Assembly (NCBI GenBank): GCA_027459785.1
Contig: DAIDGU010000042.1
Coordinates: forward strand, 51,463 to 115,462
From: Ktedonobacteria bacterium
GTDB lineage: Bacteria > Chloroflexota > Ktedonobacteria > Ktedonobacterales > JACDGC01
DNA length: 64,000 nt
Direction of reading: 5' to 3'
The notes beneath the pieces are model-generated. The model saw only the letters and a list, made by a program, of their open reading frames with translations, did no database searches and was not told where the DNA came from. Shown one piece after another: positions 28,337 to 36,800 of the stretch. How positions within the stretch are numbered: the first letter of the stretch is position 1; every line of letters begins with the position of its first letter. The position numbers were made by a program, and so were the translations under genes.

Positions 28337-29508
28337 TCCGCGTGATAGCCACCGCCGACAACCATCTGAACCGCTACTATGATCGCATGCCACCGCAGAA
28401 GCTGAACCAGCGCCGGCAGTACCTGCGCGCCGGCTTCCGCGCGGCGGTGGAGGACGCCATCGCCTGGCCCGCGCACCTCTTCCTCATCGCCGGCGACCTT
28501 TTTGACACGAGCGATCCGCGCAACATCGACCGCACGTTCCTGGCGGGCTGCCTGATGCAGTTGCGATCCGCCGGCGTGACGGTCTGCGCGGTCAGCGGCA
28601 ACCACGACACGCCGCGCCAGACGACAGAGCAGGGCGGTTACGCGCCGCTGGACATCTATCGCCAACTGGGCGCGCTCACCTATTTCGGCGAGTTCAACCG
28701 CGTCGAGGAGATTCGCCTGACCGTCGAAGGCACCACCCTCGCCATCGGCGGCCTGACGCCGGACCCCACCTGGGCGGCGGAGTTCGATCCCTTCACCGCG
28801 CTCGCCTGGCATCCTAAGCAGACCGGCGCGGCTACCGCGATCCTGCTGCTGCACGGCCAGGTGGCGGCCTATACGCTGCCGGACCACGAGGGCGCGGTCT
28901 TCACCAAAGAGACGCTGCGCGCCGCGACTGACGCCGATCTGGTGATCATGGGCGACATCCATCGCTCGCGCACGCTCCCGCTGGGCGGCGGGCGGCTGCT
29001 CGTCATCCCCGGCTCGACGGAACGGGTGGACTTCGGCGACCACGCGGACGTACCCGGCTTCATGCGCCTGGAATATAACGGCGTGGGCTGGCATGCCGAA
29101 CGGGTGCAACTGGCCGGCCAACCGCGCCAGATCATCACCATCCGCGCGGCGGACCTGCCCGACCACGATATCGCCGCCTATCTCATCGACCGCGTGCTGG
29201 CCGTCGCCAACGACCAAACGCTGGTGAAACTGACGCTGGAAGGCATCATTCCCCGCGCCAAATATCACGCGCTGGACCTGCGCACGGTGCTGGAACGCCT
29301 CAGCGGGCGCGTCTTTCACTGCACGCTCGATACGAATGGCCTTTTCCTGGAAGACGCCGGCGCGGGCGCGGTGCAGCGCGGCGTGCGCCTCTCGCAGCGC
29401 GACGAACTGACCGCGACCGCAAACGACCTGAGCGCGCAAACCGCCGACCCCGCCGAACGTGCGATCATCCAGGACGCGCTGGCGCTGGTGCTGGGCGAGG
29501 GGGAGTGA
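28333..29508 (+). CDS. sbcD: Mre11/SbcD-family DNA nuclease (metallophosphoesterase)
   Basis: Motifs ADNHL, AGDLFD, GNHD, LLHG, GDIH and PGSTE. ATGA overlap with the helicase stop. Confidence 0.9.
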   Translation: MIRVIATADNHLNRYYDRMPPQKLNQRRQYLRAGFRAAVEDAIAWPAHLFLIAGDLFDTSDPRNIDRTFLAGCLMQLRSAGVTVCAVSGNHDTPRQTTEQGGYAPLDIYRQLGALTYFGEFNRVEEIRLTVEGTTLAIGGLTPDPTWAAEFDPFTALAWHPKQTGAATAILLLHGQVAAYTLPDHEGAVFTKETLRAATDADLVIMGDIHRSRTLPLGGGRLLVIPGSTERVDFGDHADVPGFMRLEYNGVGWHAERVQLAGQPRQIITIRAADLPDHDIAAYLIDRVLAVANDQTLVKLTLEGIIPRAKYHALDLRTVLERLSGRVFHCTLDTNGLFLEDAGAGAVQRGVRLSQRDELTATANDLSAQTADPAERAIIQDALALVLGEGE

Positions 29509-29518
29509 AAGATCAATT

Positions 29519-32500
29519 ATGATTCTCCTTGATCGCATCTCGATCCGCCATTTCAAGGCGTTGCGCGCCGTCGATCTCGTTTTGCCGCCCCAGGCGAGCG
29601 TGTTGATCGAGGGCTGGAACGAATCGGGCAAGTCGTCGCTCTTCGAGGCGATCTTCTTCGCGCTGTATGGCAAGACGCTCGTCTCCGAGGGCAAGAACGA
29701 CAGCGCCATCGCCTATAATGAGAAGAAAGCGACCGTCACCCTTGCTGTACGGATCGATGAAACCCTACTCACCATCACGCGCACCCTACGCCGCGATCAG
29801 GCGGCGCTGGCCGAGGTGGTAGTGAGCGGCGACGGGCGTGGCACCGAGCGCGTGACCGGCACCAGCGCGGTGAACCTGCGCATCTTGCAGGAGATGAACA
29901 ACCTCGCGCCGGATGCCCTGTTGAACTCGTGTTTCGTCGAGCAAAAGAAGCTGGACAAGCTGGAAGAACTGTCAGGGAATCAACGCGCAGAGGCGCTGGC
30001 GACGTTGCTGAACCTCGCGCGGCTGGATGACATTCAGAAGCGGCTGCGACCCACGCGCGAAGACGAGCGCGCGGCGGAGCGCGCCCAGGAGTTGCTGGCC
30101 TGCGCCGATCTGGATGCACAATTGCCCGCGCTGCAAGCGCGCCTCGCTGGTGCCGCGCGCCGTGCCGCCCTGGCCACGCTCGCCCAGGCGTGCGCTGACC
30201 TGGATGCCGCCGTGATGCACGAGGCGGCGTTGACCGCGGAGCGCACGCAGCTTGATGCCGCAGCAACGCAATTGGCGGCGGATCACATGCAGAGCGCGGC
30301 GCTCGCCGCCGGCGCGGCTCCGCTGGCGGAAGTGCGCGCCCATGCGCGCCAGATCGCCCAGTTGCACGACACCCGCGCCCGCCTGACGGACGAGATCGCC
30401 CAGGCCGAGGCCGACCAGGCCACGCTCCCGGTGTTGCGCGCCCGCCTGGACGCCCTGCGCGCGATCGCCGATCTTTTCGCCGCGCACGATGGCCTCGCCG
30501 AGCGCCAGCGCGCCGACCAGGCACAGATGCAAGCGTTGGCCGCGACCGTGCGCGATCTCGCCCAGGCACGTGAGGACGTGGCGTATTATGATACGCAACT
30601 CGCCGCCCTCGCCCAGGGGGAACCCGCGCTCGTCGCCGCGCACGCGGCGGCCCAGGCGCGCTACGCCGCCGCTGTGGAACGCGACGCGCTGGAACGTTGG
30701 CTGGGGAGCAGTGATGCTACGAGCCGGCTGCGGGAGATCGGCGAGCAGCGCGCCGCCGCCGAAAAGGCGCGTGACGGGCAGGCCGCCGCCATGCAGCGCC
30801 ACACGACGCTTCAGCGCGGGGCGGCACACCAGCGCCTTTTGCGCGGGACGCTGGCGGGCGTGGTCATGGTGCTGGGGCTGGAACTCGTGTTGACAGGCCA
30901 CCTATGGGGCGCGCTCTGCCTGCTGAGCGCGCTGGCGTTGGCTGCCTGGGCGTATCCCGCGCACGCGGCCTATATTGCCGCTGCCGCTACCTTGCAGGCG
31001 CAGCAACAGACGCTGCGCGGGGCTGAGGACGCGGCGAATCGGCTGCTGGCCCAGGAACAGATCATGGCCGATCCGCAGTATGGCGCGCGGCGGCGAGACG
31101 AAGCGGCGCGCGACCTGCGCGCCCAGGGCTTGCTCGTGCCGGCGGACGACGCCGCCGCGCGTCAGCGCCTCGCCGCCCTGCCGGCGGATGCCACTCCCCT
31201 GCCGGAATTGCAAGCTGCCCAGGCCACCGCCCGCGCCCAACTGGACGGCGCGCACCAGGCACGCGACCTGGCGGAGCACCAGCACGCGGAGGCCCAGCGC
31301 CGGCTCGCCACAATCGCCGCCACCGCCGGCTTGCCCGCCCCGGCGGATGACACCCTCGCCGCCAAGCAGACGACCTTGGCGCAAACCCAGGCGCAGCACA
31401 CGCGCGAACTGGCCGCGCTGGCGGCGGAGATCGCGTGCCAATGCCAGGCGATCCCCGTGCCAGTGGACCGTGACGCCGTGCAAGTTGCCAGCGGCGGCAT
31501 CGCGCAACGCATACAATCGTTGACCGACGCGGCGGCGCACGCCAGCGAACGTCAGCACCGGCTGGCCGCGCTCAGCGACCAACTGCAAGCGGCAACAATG
31601 GCAGCGGAGGCCGCCTGGCAGCGATTTTCCGCCGCCGTGCCGGATCTCGCCCGCCCCCGACCCGATCTCGCGGAGGCCGCGCTCGCCGCCGTCACCGCCG
31701 CTTATCAGCAGCGCATGGCCCAGGTGGATGCCGTGGGCGTGCGCCAACGGCTTGATCATGCTCACGTCCGCCAGGGCGAGATCAAGCGCGCCCTGGATGA
31801 GCAGGCGGGGCGCATCGCCGCGCTACGCGACGACATTGCACACCTGGCTGCGGCACAGGGCATCCAGGCCGATCCGATACCCACCGCCCTGCGCGCCGCG
31901 CTGCCGGAACTGGCGGTGCTCACGCCAGAGGAAGCCGCTTCCGCCGCCCAGCAGGTGCGCGAGCTAGAGATTCAGATCGCCAGCGCCCGCCAGCGTCGGA
32001 TGGAAATGGCCGCCGAACTGGGCATCCCGCCGGAGCCGCTGGACCGCGCCACCTGTGCCGAGGAAGCCGACCGCCTGGCACGCGACCTGCGCGTGCGCGA
32101 AGTCGCCGTACACATCGCCAAAACCACCCGCAACCATATGATCCAGAAGGTGTTGCCCCAGACGACCAATAATATGCGCCTGCTCTTGCCGCTGCTGACG
32201 ATGGACCGTTACCGCGACTGCGCGATCACCGACGACTTCAAGGTGCAGGTTTACGACGAGGCGGCGGGCCGCATGGTGGCCAAAAATATCTTTTCCGGCG
32301 GGGCGCGCGATCAATTCTCGCTGGCGTTGCGCCTCTCGTTTGCGCTGGCGACGCTGCCCGAACACCTGGGGACCACCCCCGGCTTCATCTTCCTCGACGA
32401 GCCGCTCAGCTCCTTCGACCGCCCGCGCAGCGCAGCCCTGGTCCATCTGCTGACCGAAGGCGTCATCAGTCGCAACTTCCGCCAGATCTTCGTCATCAGC

Positions 32501-32590
32501 CACAACCTGATGTTCGACCGCAACGCCTTCACCCATCACCTGCGCCTGGAATACGGTGCGGTCGTGGAATCGACGCTGCCCCCGGCCTGA
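29519..32590 (+). CDS. sbcC: Rad50/SbcC-family SMC-like ATPase with central hydrophobic (TM) hairpin
   Basis: Walker A GWNESGKSS, Q-loop FVEQ, signature FSGG, Walker B/D-loop IFLDEPLSSFD and H-loop ISH. Long coiled coil with two hydrophobic helices at about 30845-30956. Confidence 0.9.
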   Translation: MILLDRISIRHFKALRAVDLVLPPQASVLIEGWNESGKSSLFEAIFFALYGKTLVSEGKNDSAIAYNEKKATVTLAVRIDETLLTITRTLRRDQAALAEVVVSGDGRGTERVTGTSAVNLRILQEMNNLAPDALLNSCFVEQKKLDKLEELSGNQRAEALATLLNLARLDDIQKRLRPTREDERAAERAQELLACADLDAQLPALQARLAGAARRAALATLAQACADLDAAVMHEAALTAERTQLDAAATQLAADHMQSAALAAGAAPLAEVRAHARQIAQLHDTRARLTDEIAQAEADQATLPVLRARLDALRAIADLFAAHDGLAERQRADQAQMQALAATVRDLAQAREDVAYYDTQLAALAQGEPALVAAHAAAQARYAAAVERDALERWLGSSDATSRLREIGEQRAAAEKARDGQAAAMQRHTTLQRGAAHQRLLRGTLAGVVMVLGLELVLTGHLWGALCLLSALALAAWAYPAHAAYIAAAATLQAQQQTLRGAEDAANRLLAQEQIMADPQYGARRRDEAARDLRAQGLLVPADDAAARQRLAALPADATPLPELQAAQATARAQLDGAHQARDLAEHQHAEAQRRLATIAATAGLPAPADDTLAAKQTTLAQTQAQHTRELAALAAEIACQCQAIPVPVDRDAVQVASGGIAQRIQSLTDAAAHASERQHRLAALSDQLQAATMAAEAAWQRFSAAVPDLARPRPDLAEAALAAVTAAYQQRMAQVDAVGVRQRLDHAHVRQGEIKRALDEQAGRIAALRDDIAHLAAAQGIQADPIPTALRAALPELAVLTPEEAASAAQQVRELEIQIASARQRRMEMAAELGIPPEPLDRATCAEEADRLARDLRVREVAVHIAKTTRNHMIQKVLPQTTNNMRLLLPLLTMDRYRDCAITDDFKVQVYDEAAGRMVAKNIFSGGARDQFSLALRLSFALATLPEHLGTTPGFIFLDEPLSSFDRPRSAALVHLLTEGVISRNFRQIFVISHNLMFDRNAFTHHLRLEYGAVVESTLPPA

Positions 32591-32640
32591 TATTTTTTAT
32601 CTTGCCAGATGCTACCGCGCATCCATTGAGGAAACCGGTA

Positions 32641-32860
32641 ATACCCCTTGCTGGTAAAGACAGTGGTAAGGGGGGATGGACAGACAGGAATGGCTGTCCT
32701 TCGGTACCAGTATGGCGGTCCTCTGGGTGGCAGAGTAATTACCCGCAAAGCGTATGATTCCCTTTTCAGTTGAATAGTATGGATACCGGAGGACAGACAT
32801 TCCTGTCTCTCTGGTCCCAACCGGTCCCAATGACCACCGTCTTTCCCCAAAAGGGATATC
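32641..32860. repeat. REPIN/MITE-like element family A (inverted doublet)
   Basis: GGACAGACAGGAATGGCTGTCC (32678) and GGAGGACAGACATTCCTGTC (32788) in opposite orientation. Both outer flanks carry a T(G/T)ACCAC.GTCTTT.CC motif also seen at 464-481. Confidence 0.8.
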
Positions 32861-32888
32861 AAACGACAGATAGGCGCAACCGTCCCGC

Positions 32889-32914
32889 AAAAAAAAGCTC
32901 GCTTCCTGGCGAGC
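32889..32914 (-). terminator. Rho-independent terminator
   Basis: GCTCGC-N6-GCGAGC hairpin followed by 8 T on the minus strand, about 20 nt after the stop of ORF 32935-33309. Confidence 0.7.
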
Positions 32915-32934
32915 CTCACTTCTTTGGTTGCTAT

Positions 32935-33309
32935 TTACGTAAAGTGGTTGGTTTGTTGTGTCTCCGGCGTCCCCAACCCTTCGGCGTTCTGGTTCGTGGC
33001 ACTATCGCCTGCTGGCGGCGGTGACGGATCGGATGTCGTGGCGGGGCTGGGTGGCGCGGACAGCGTGCGGGCGGTGGCGGAGATGCTTGCCGTGGCGGCG
33101 GGGCCGGGGAAGTTCGGCGGCGACGGGCCGGGGCGCGGCGCGGCATTACCAACAGACCCATTAACCTGCGCCGTGCTGGCGACAGGGGGCCGCGAACGGT
33201 TCGCCGGCACGGGGGGCGGGCGGTGGTCGCGCTGATACTGGGGCGCATTCGCGTGGGCCTGCGCGGCACGGAACGTGACGGGCGTAACTTCCATCGGCTG
33301 ATACCTCAT
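32935..33309 (-). CDS. Pro/Ser/Thr-rich, probably disordered small protein
   Basis: 124-aa ORF filling an otherwise empty gap and followed by a terminator. No recognisable domain. Confidence 0.5.
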   Translation of the reverse strand: MRYQPMEVTPVTFRAAQAHANAPQYQRDHRPPPVPANRSRPPVASTAQVNGSVGNAAPRPGPSPPNFPGPAATASISATARTLSAPPSPATTSDPSPPPAGDSATNQNAEGLGTPETQQTNHFT

Positions 33310-33555
33310 TCATCAGGATTGCCGCCGGCATTGCCAGGTGGCGCACTATCAGGTATCGTCCGCGTTCCCTCGCACAAGATGGGCGTGTAGTCCTCTCTTG
33401 TGCAGCATATCGTCCCCGCCCCTTCGCCCCCGCAAAACATGGCAACCATGCAAATCCGCTCCACCCTGGATGGGACTCACCTTACACCATTATTTGAGCG
33501 CGCTATTGCACCTTGACGCATGCCAGTTTGTAGCCCGGAGGGGTTTCTGTTCCGA

Positions 33556-33640
33556 GCCGGGGGGTTTCAGCCCCCGGCGACCGTGCGGCACTGGTGATCT
33601 TGCCCCCGCAGGACATGGCGGACAGGCATGTCCGCCCCAC
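33556..33640. repeat. Cluster of REP-like palindromes
   Basis: GCCGGGGG-N7-CCCCCGGC (33556-33578) and GGCGGACA-GGCA-TGTCCGCC (33617-33636). The second matches 39018-39037. Confidence 0.65.
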
Positions 33641-33671
33641 GCGGGAGACGCCCCAATGGGGATAGCGCGTG

Positions 33672-34454
33672 TCACTCCGGCTCCGTCGCGCCGGGCATCA
33701 GGATGACCTGGGTGGCGTCGCGCTGGACGACGCGCGGCATGATCGTCGTGGGGATGTGGCCGCGCCAGGCGGCGAGGGCATCCGCCGGGGTGGCGAAAGT
33801 GGCGAGGTCGCGCAGTTGGTGAACCGTGGCGAAAACGAGCGGGAAGGCTCCCGCCGCATGCCCCAGCAGCGCCGTCGCCGGGCGCACCCACACCCCGCCG
33901 GTCGTCTCGATGGCGTCATACTGCGCCGCTTGGGCCGCCGGCAGTTCAGCCAGAAAAAAGTGGGTGGTGAAGCGCTTGGGGAAGGCTTCCGGCGTGATCC
34001 AATGGGCGCAGTGCGTCAGCGCATCGGTCGCCAGCACCAGATCTTCGGCGGCGGCGAGTTCGGCGATACCCGCCTCGTCGCGCTGCAAGCGCGCCCGCCA
34101 CGTCGCCAGCCGGTCGGCCAGGGCGGCATCCATCTCGACAGGAGCGTGATCCCGCAGCGCCAGCAACACGCCGGCTTCCTCGAATAGTTCACGGATCGCC
34201 GCCACGCGCACGCCCACCCCCAGCGCCGTCGCCGGCGTCAGCGCGTCGATCGGCACACAGACGCCCGCCGTCACTTCCGCCTCGCGGTCCGCTGCCGCCA
34301 CAGAGCCGCCGGGGAAGACGTAGACATCCGGCGCGAAGTCGCTCTGCACATGCCGCCGCACCATGAATACTTCCAGCCCACCGTCCGTAGTATCAGGGCG
34401 CAATAACATAACCGCCGCCGAAAGGCGCGGCGTGACCGGAAGCGAGGCTGCCAT
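33672..34454 (-). CDS. NUDIX hydrolase (NUDT19-like)
   Basis: Motifs FAPDVYVFPGG, AAIRELFEEAGV and WITPEAFPKRFTTHFF. Confidence 0.9.
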   Translation of the reverse strand: MAASLPVTPRLSAAVMLLRPDTTDGGLEVFMVRRHVQSDFAPDVYVFPGGSVAAADREAEVTAGVCVPIDALTPATALGVGVRVAAIRELFEEAGVLLALRDHAPVEMDAALADRLATWRARLQRDEAGIAELAAAEDLVLATDALTHCAHWITPEAFPKRFTTHFFLAELPAAQAAQYDAIETTGGVWVRPATALLGHAAGAFPLVFATVHQLRDLATFATPADALAAWRGHIPTTIMPRVVQRDATQVILMPGATEPE

Positions 34455-34531
34455 AAATCTGATTCTCCTTGTCCGCGAAGTCGCATCTAGGATGATATGA
34501 TCCTGACGGTAGTTTGGAAAGGAGGCGACTG

Positions 34532-34879
34532 ATGCCCCAGTTGCAACTGAGCAGCGTGATCATCGCCACGCACGATAAAGCCCGTCAGAAGATATTCTAT
34601 CACGATGTGTTAGGTATCCCCTTCAACGCGCAGGGCAAGCTAGAATCCGCTGGAGTGGTCATTCATCCGGCGCTGCACAGCGCCGTTCAGGGGCCGCCAG
34701 CGGAGCCGCACCGCATCATGCTCACCTTCGCGGTCGCGGACATCCACGCCGCCGCCGCTGAGTTGCGCGCCAGGGGCGTCGTCTTCGTGCGCGCCCCAGA
34801 ACAGGAGCATTGGGGCGGTTGGCTCGCCACGTTTCTCGATCCCGATGGCAATTATCTGCAACTGATCCAGTTGCTCTAG
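34532..34879 (+). CDS. VOC/glyoxalase family protein
   Basis: Motifs FYHDVLG, FAVADIHAAAAELRARGV and FLDPDGNYLQL. AAGGAGG RBS. Confidence 0.88.
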   Translation: MPQLQLSSVIIATHDKARQKIFYHDVLGIPFNAQGKLESAGVVIHPALHSAVQGPPAEPHRIMLTFAVADIHAAAAELRARGVVFVRAPEQEHWGGWLATFLDPDGNYLQLIQLL

Positions 34880-36009
34880 GGCGCGATATGGCCGGTAGGC
34901 TTGGGCTGCCCCGCCGCCTGCACCAGCCGCAGCACCAACAGCGCGGCGACGGCCAGCGCGCTGGTCACATAGACGGCCAGCATCCAGGGCGTAGCAGCGT
35001 CGGTGCCGGCGAGGATGCCGTGCAGTGTGAGCGCGACGAAGGCGACCAGGCTCACGTAATGCAGCGCCCGCCAGGTGGTATAGGCCAGGTGGCGACGCGC
35101 CCAGGAACTCAGCGTCACCACCGCCAGCGCGTACAGGCCGACCACGCCCAGCGCCACCCACAGCGGGCGATAGGGTTCGCCCAGCGGCCACACCAGTTGC
35201 GCCGGCCCGAAGTGGATGAAGGGATCGAACAGCAGCGTTGCCAGGTGCAGCGCCACGAAAGCGACCATGAGCAGCGTCAGCACCTGATGCAGATCCAGCA
35301 CCAGCGGGCGGCGGGCCACGCTGTCGAAGGCGCGCGTGCTGATGCCGATGCCCAGCGCCGTCGTCGCCACCAACAGCAGATAGGCTGTCAGCGCAGCCCC
35401 GCGCGTGAGGTACCACAGCGTCGGATCGGCGGCAAGGGATGAGGTGCCGCCACTGGTGTTCGTCGCTGTGCCGGGCCAGATGCTCGCCGCGATGCTCGCG
35501 GGTAGCCCCTTCGGCAGCACCAGCACGCCCGCCGCCGTCCCCGTCAGGTCGCCCAGCTTGCTCTGGCGCACCAGCCCGTGCCAGGTGAACCGCCCGCCGC
35601 TGCCCGTCGCCGCCACCGCCTGGTTCAGCGTGTCGTGCGCCAGCCCGGTGCTGTCGATGGTGCCGCTGACCGTCGCGGTGAACACCGTTGTCTGCTGATT
35701 GATATCGCTCAGCGTCGCCGTCCCCGTGCTATGCGGCTGGCCGGCGGCATCGCGCTGGATGGTCACGTTCAGCACCAGCGCCACGGCGGGGGATTGGCCG
35801 CGATTGGTCTGCAACACCTGCGTTTGCGTCACCACCGGATGGCCCTGGGCGTCGGTGCTCGTCTGCGAGGAACTCACGCGCCCGGTCAGCGCGATCTGAA
35901 ACGCGCCCGCTGCTGGCGCGGCTTGCGCCGCCCCCGGCATCCCCAGCACCACCGTCGCGCCAATGATCATCCCCACGACGATCAGCGCCAGCCACCAGCA
36001 ACGTTGCAT
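34876..36009 (-). CDS. Ferric reductase-like (MsrQ-type) heme-b membrane protein with N-terminal exported domain
   Basis: Signal peptide, Thr/Gly-rich beta domain, then WYLTRGAA and four TM histidines (DLHQ, ALHL, ALHY, TLHG). Confidence 0.8.
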   Translation of the reverse strand: MQRCWWLALIVVGMIIGATVVLGMPGAAQAAPAAGAFQIALTGRVSSSQTSTDAQGHPVVTQTQVLQTNRGQSPAVALVLNVTIQRDAAGQPHSTGTATLSDINQQTTVFTATVSGTIDSTGLAHDTLNQAVAATGSGGRFTWHGLVRQSKLGDLTGTAAGVLVLPKGLPASIAASIWPGTATNTSGGTSSLAADPTLWYLTRGAALTAYLLLVATTALGIGISTRAFDSVARRPLVLDLHQVLTLLMVAFVALHLATLLFDPFIHFGPAQLVWPLGEPYRPLWVALGVVGLYALAVVTLSSWARRHLAYTTWRALHYVSLVAFVALTLHGILAGTDAATPWMLAVYVTSALAVAALLVLRLVQAAGQPKPTGHIAP

Positions 36010-36166
36010 AATTTCTCCTCTACAGGCACAGGGACCATGATCCGAATAACTCTATTGACACGTTGCAGCCGCGCCAACGGTTTCCATCAGGCTCATCTGG
36101 CACGCCCACGTTTGGTACATGTAAAGTTACGGTAACACGCGCGATGTGCTTCCAGCATCATCGCCA

Positions 36167-36195
36167 TCGACAAGCTCCACCATTCGTCATATAAT
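36167..36195 (+). promoter_or_regulatory. Sigma70 promoter for the membrane protein-ilvA operon
   Basis: TCGACA(36167)-17 bp-TATAAT(36190). Confidence 0.65.
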
Positions 36196-36282
36196 TGGAG
36201 ATGGAACGCACGTCCCGCGACGGACAGCACCGGGCGGCCATCATCCCTCACACGACCACACTTGCGGCGGAGGTTTGTACCC

Positions 36283-36774
36283 GTGATCCTTGCAGTCAGC
36301 AACGGTGTCCTCACCACATTCAAAGTCTTACACATCCTCAGCGCGATCTATTTCGGCCTCGGTGTCATTTTGGCGACGCTCTTCACCTTGCAGGTGCCGA
36401 ACACGCCGACACTGGCCGCCAAGGCGCGCGTGATGGCGCAGAGCAGCCGCGCCGTGCTCACGATGCTCGTGCCGGGCGCATTGCTGGCCGGCATCTTCGG
36501 CTTCATCGTGGCTTTCCAGGAATATAGCCAGCCTTTCAGCCAGAAATGGATCCTCTTCTCGACAGTCCTGTTTGTGATAAGCTTCGTATTAGGCGGCGCG
36601 ACCGGACCCATCAGCGCCCGCACCCGCCGGCTGGTGACCGCGGAGGCGCGTTCGCCCAAGCCGTCGGCAGCCGCTTACCGCGCGGCGAATTCGTTCACGC
36701 CGATCATTCTGATCGGCATCAACCTGGCCATCGCCATCGCGCTGGTCGTGCTGATGTTCGCTCAGCCACATTAA
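36283..36774 (+). CDS. DUF2269-like membrane protein
   Basis: KVLHILSAIYFG start pattern, 4 TM helices and LVVLMFAQP end. GGAGG upstream of GTG 36283. Confidence 0.7.
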   Translation: MILAVSNGVLTTFKVLHILSAIYFGLGVILATLFTLQVPNTPTLAAKARVMAQSSRAVLTMLVPGALLAGIFGFIVAFQEYSQPFSQKWILFSTVLFVISFVLGGATGPISARTRRLVTAEARSPKPSAAAYRAANSFTPIILIGINLAIAIALVVLMFAQPH

Positions 36775-36800
36775 CTCGATGTATTCAGGAGGGCAAGCCG

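Noticed and set aside
28333-32590. Lamassu or Wadjet defence system
   Set aside because: An intact SbcD is present and I could not recognise LmuA/LmuC or JetABD genes; it does not match those definitions by eye.
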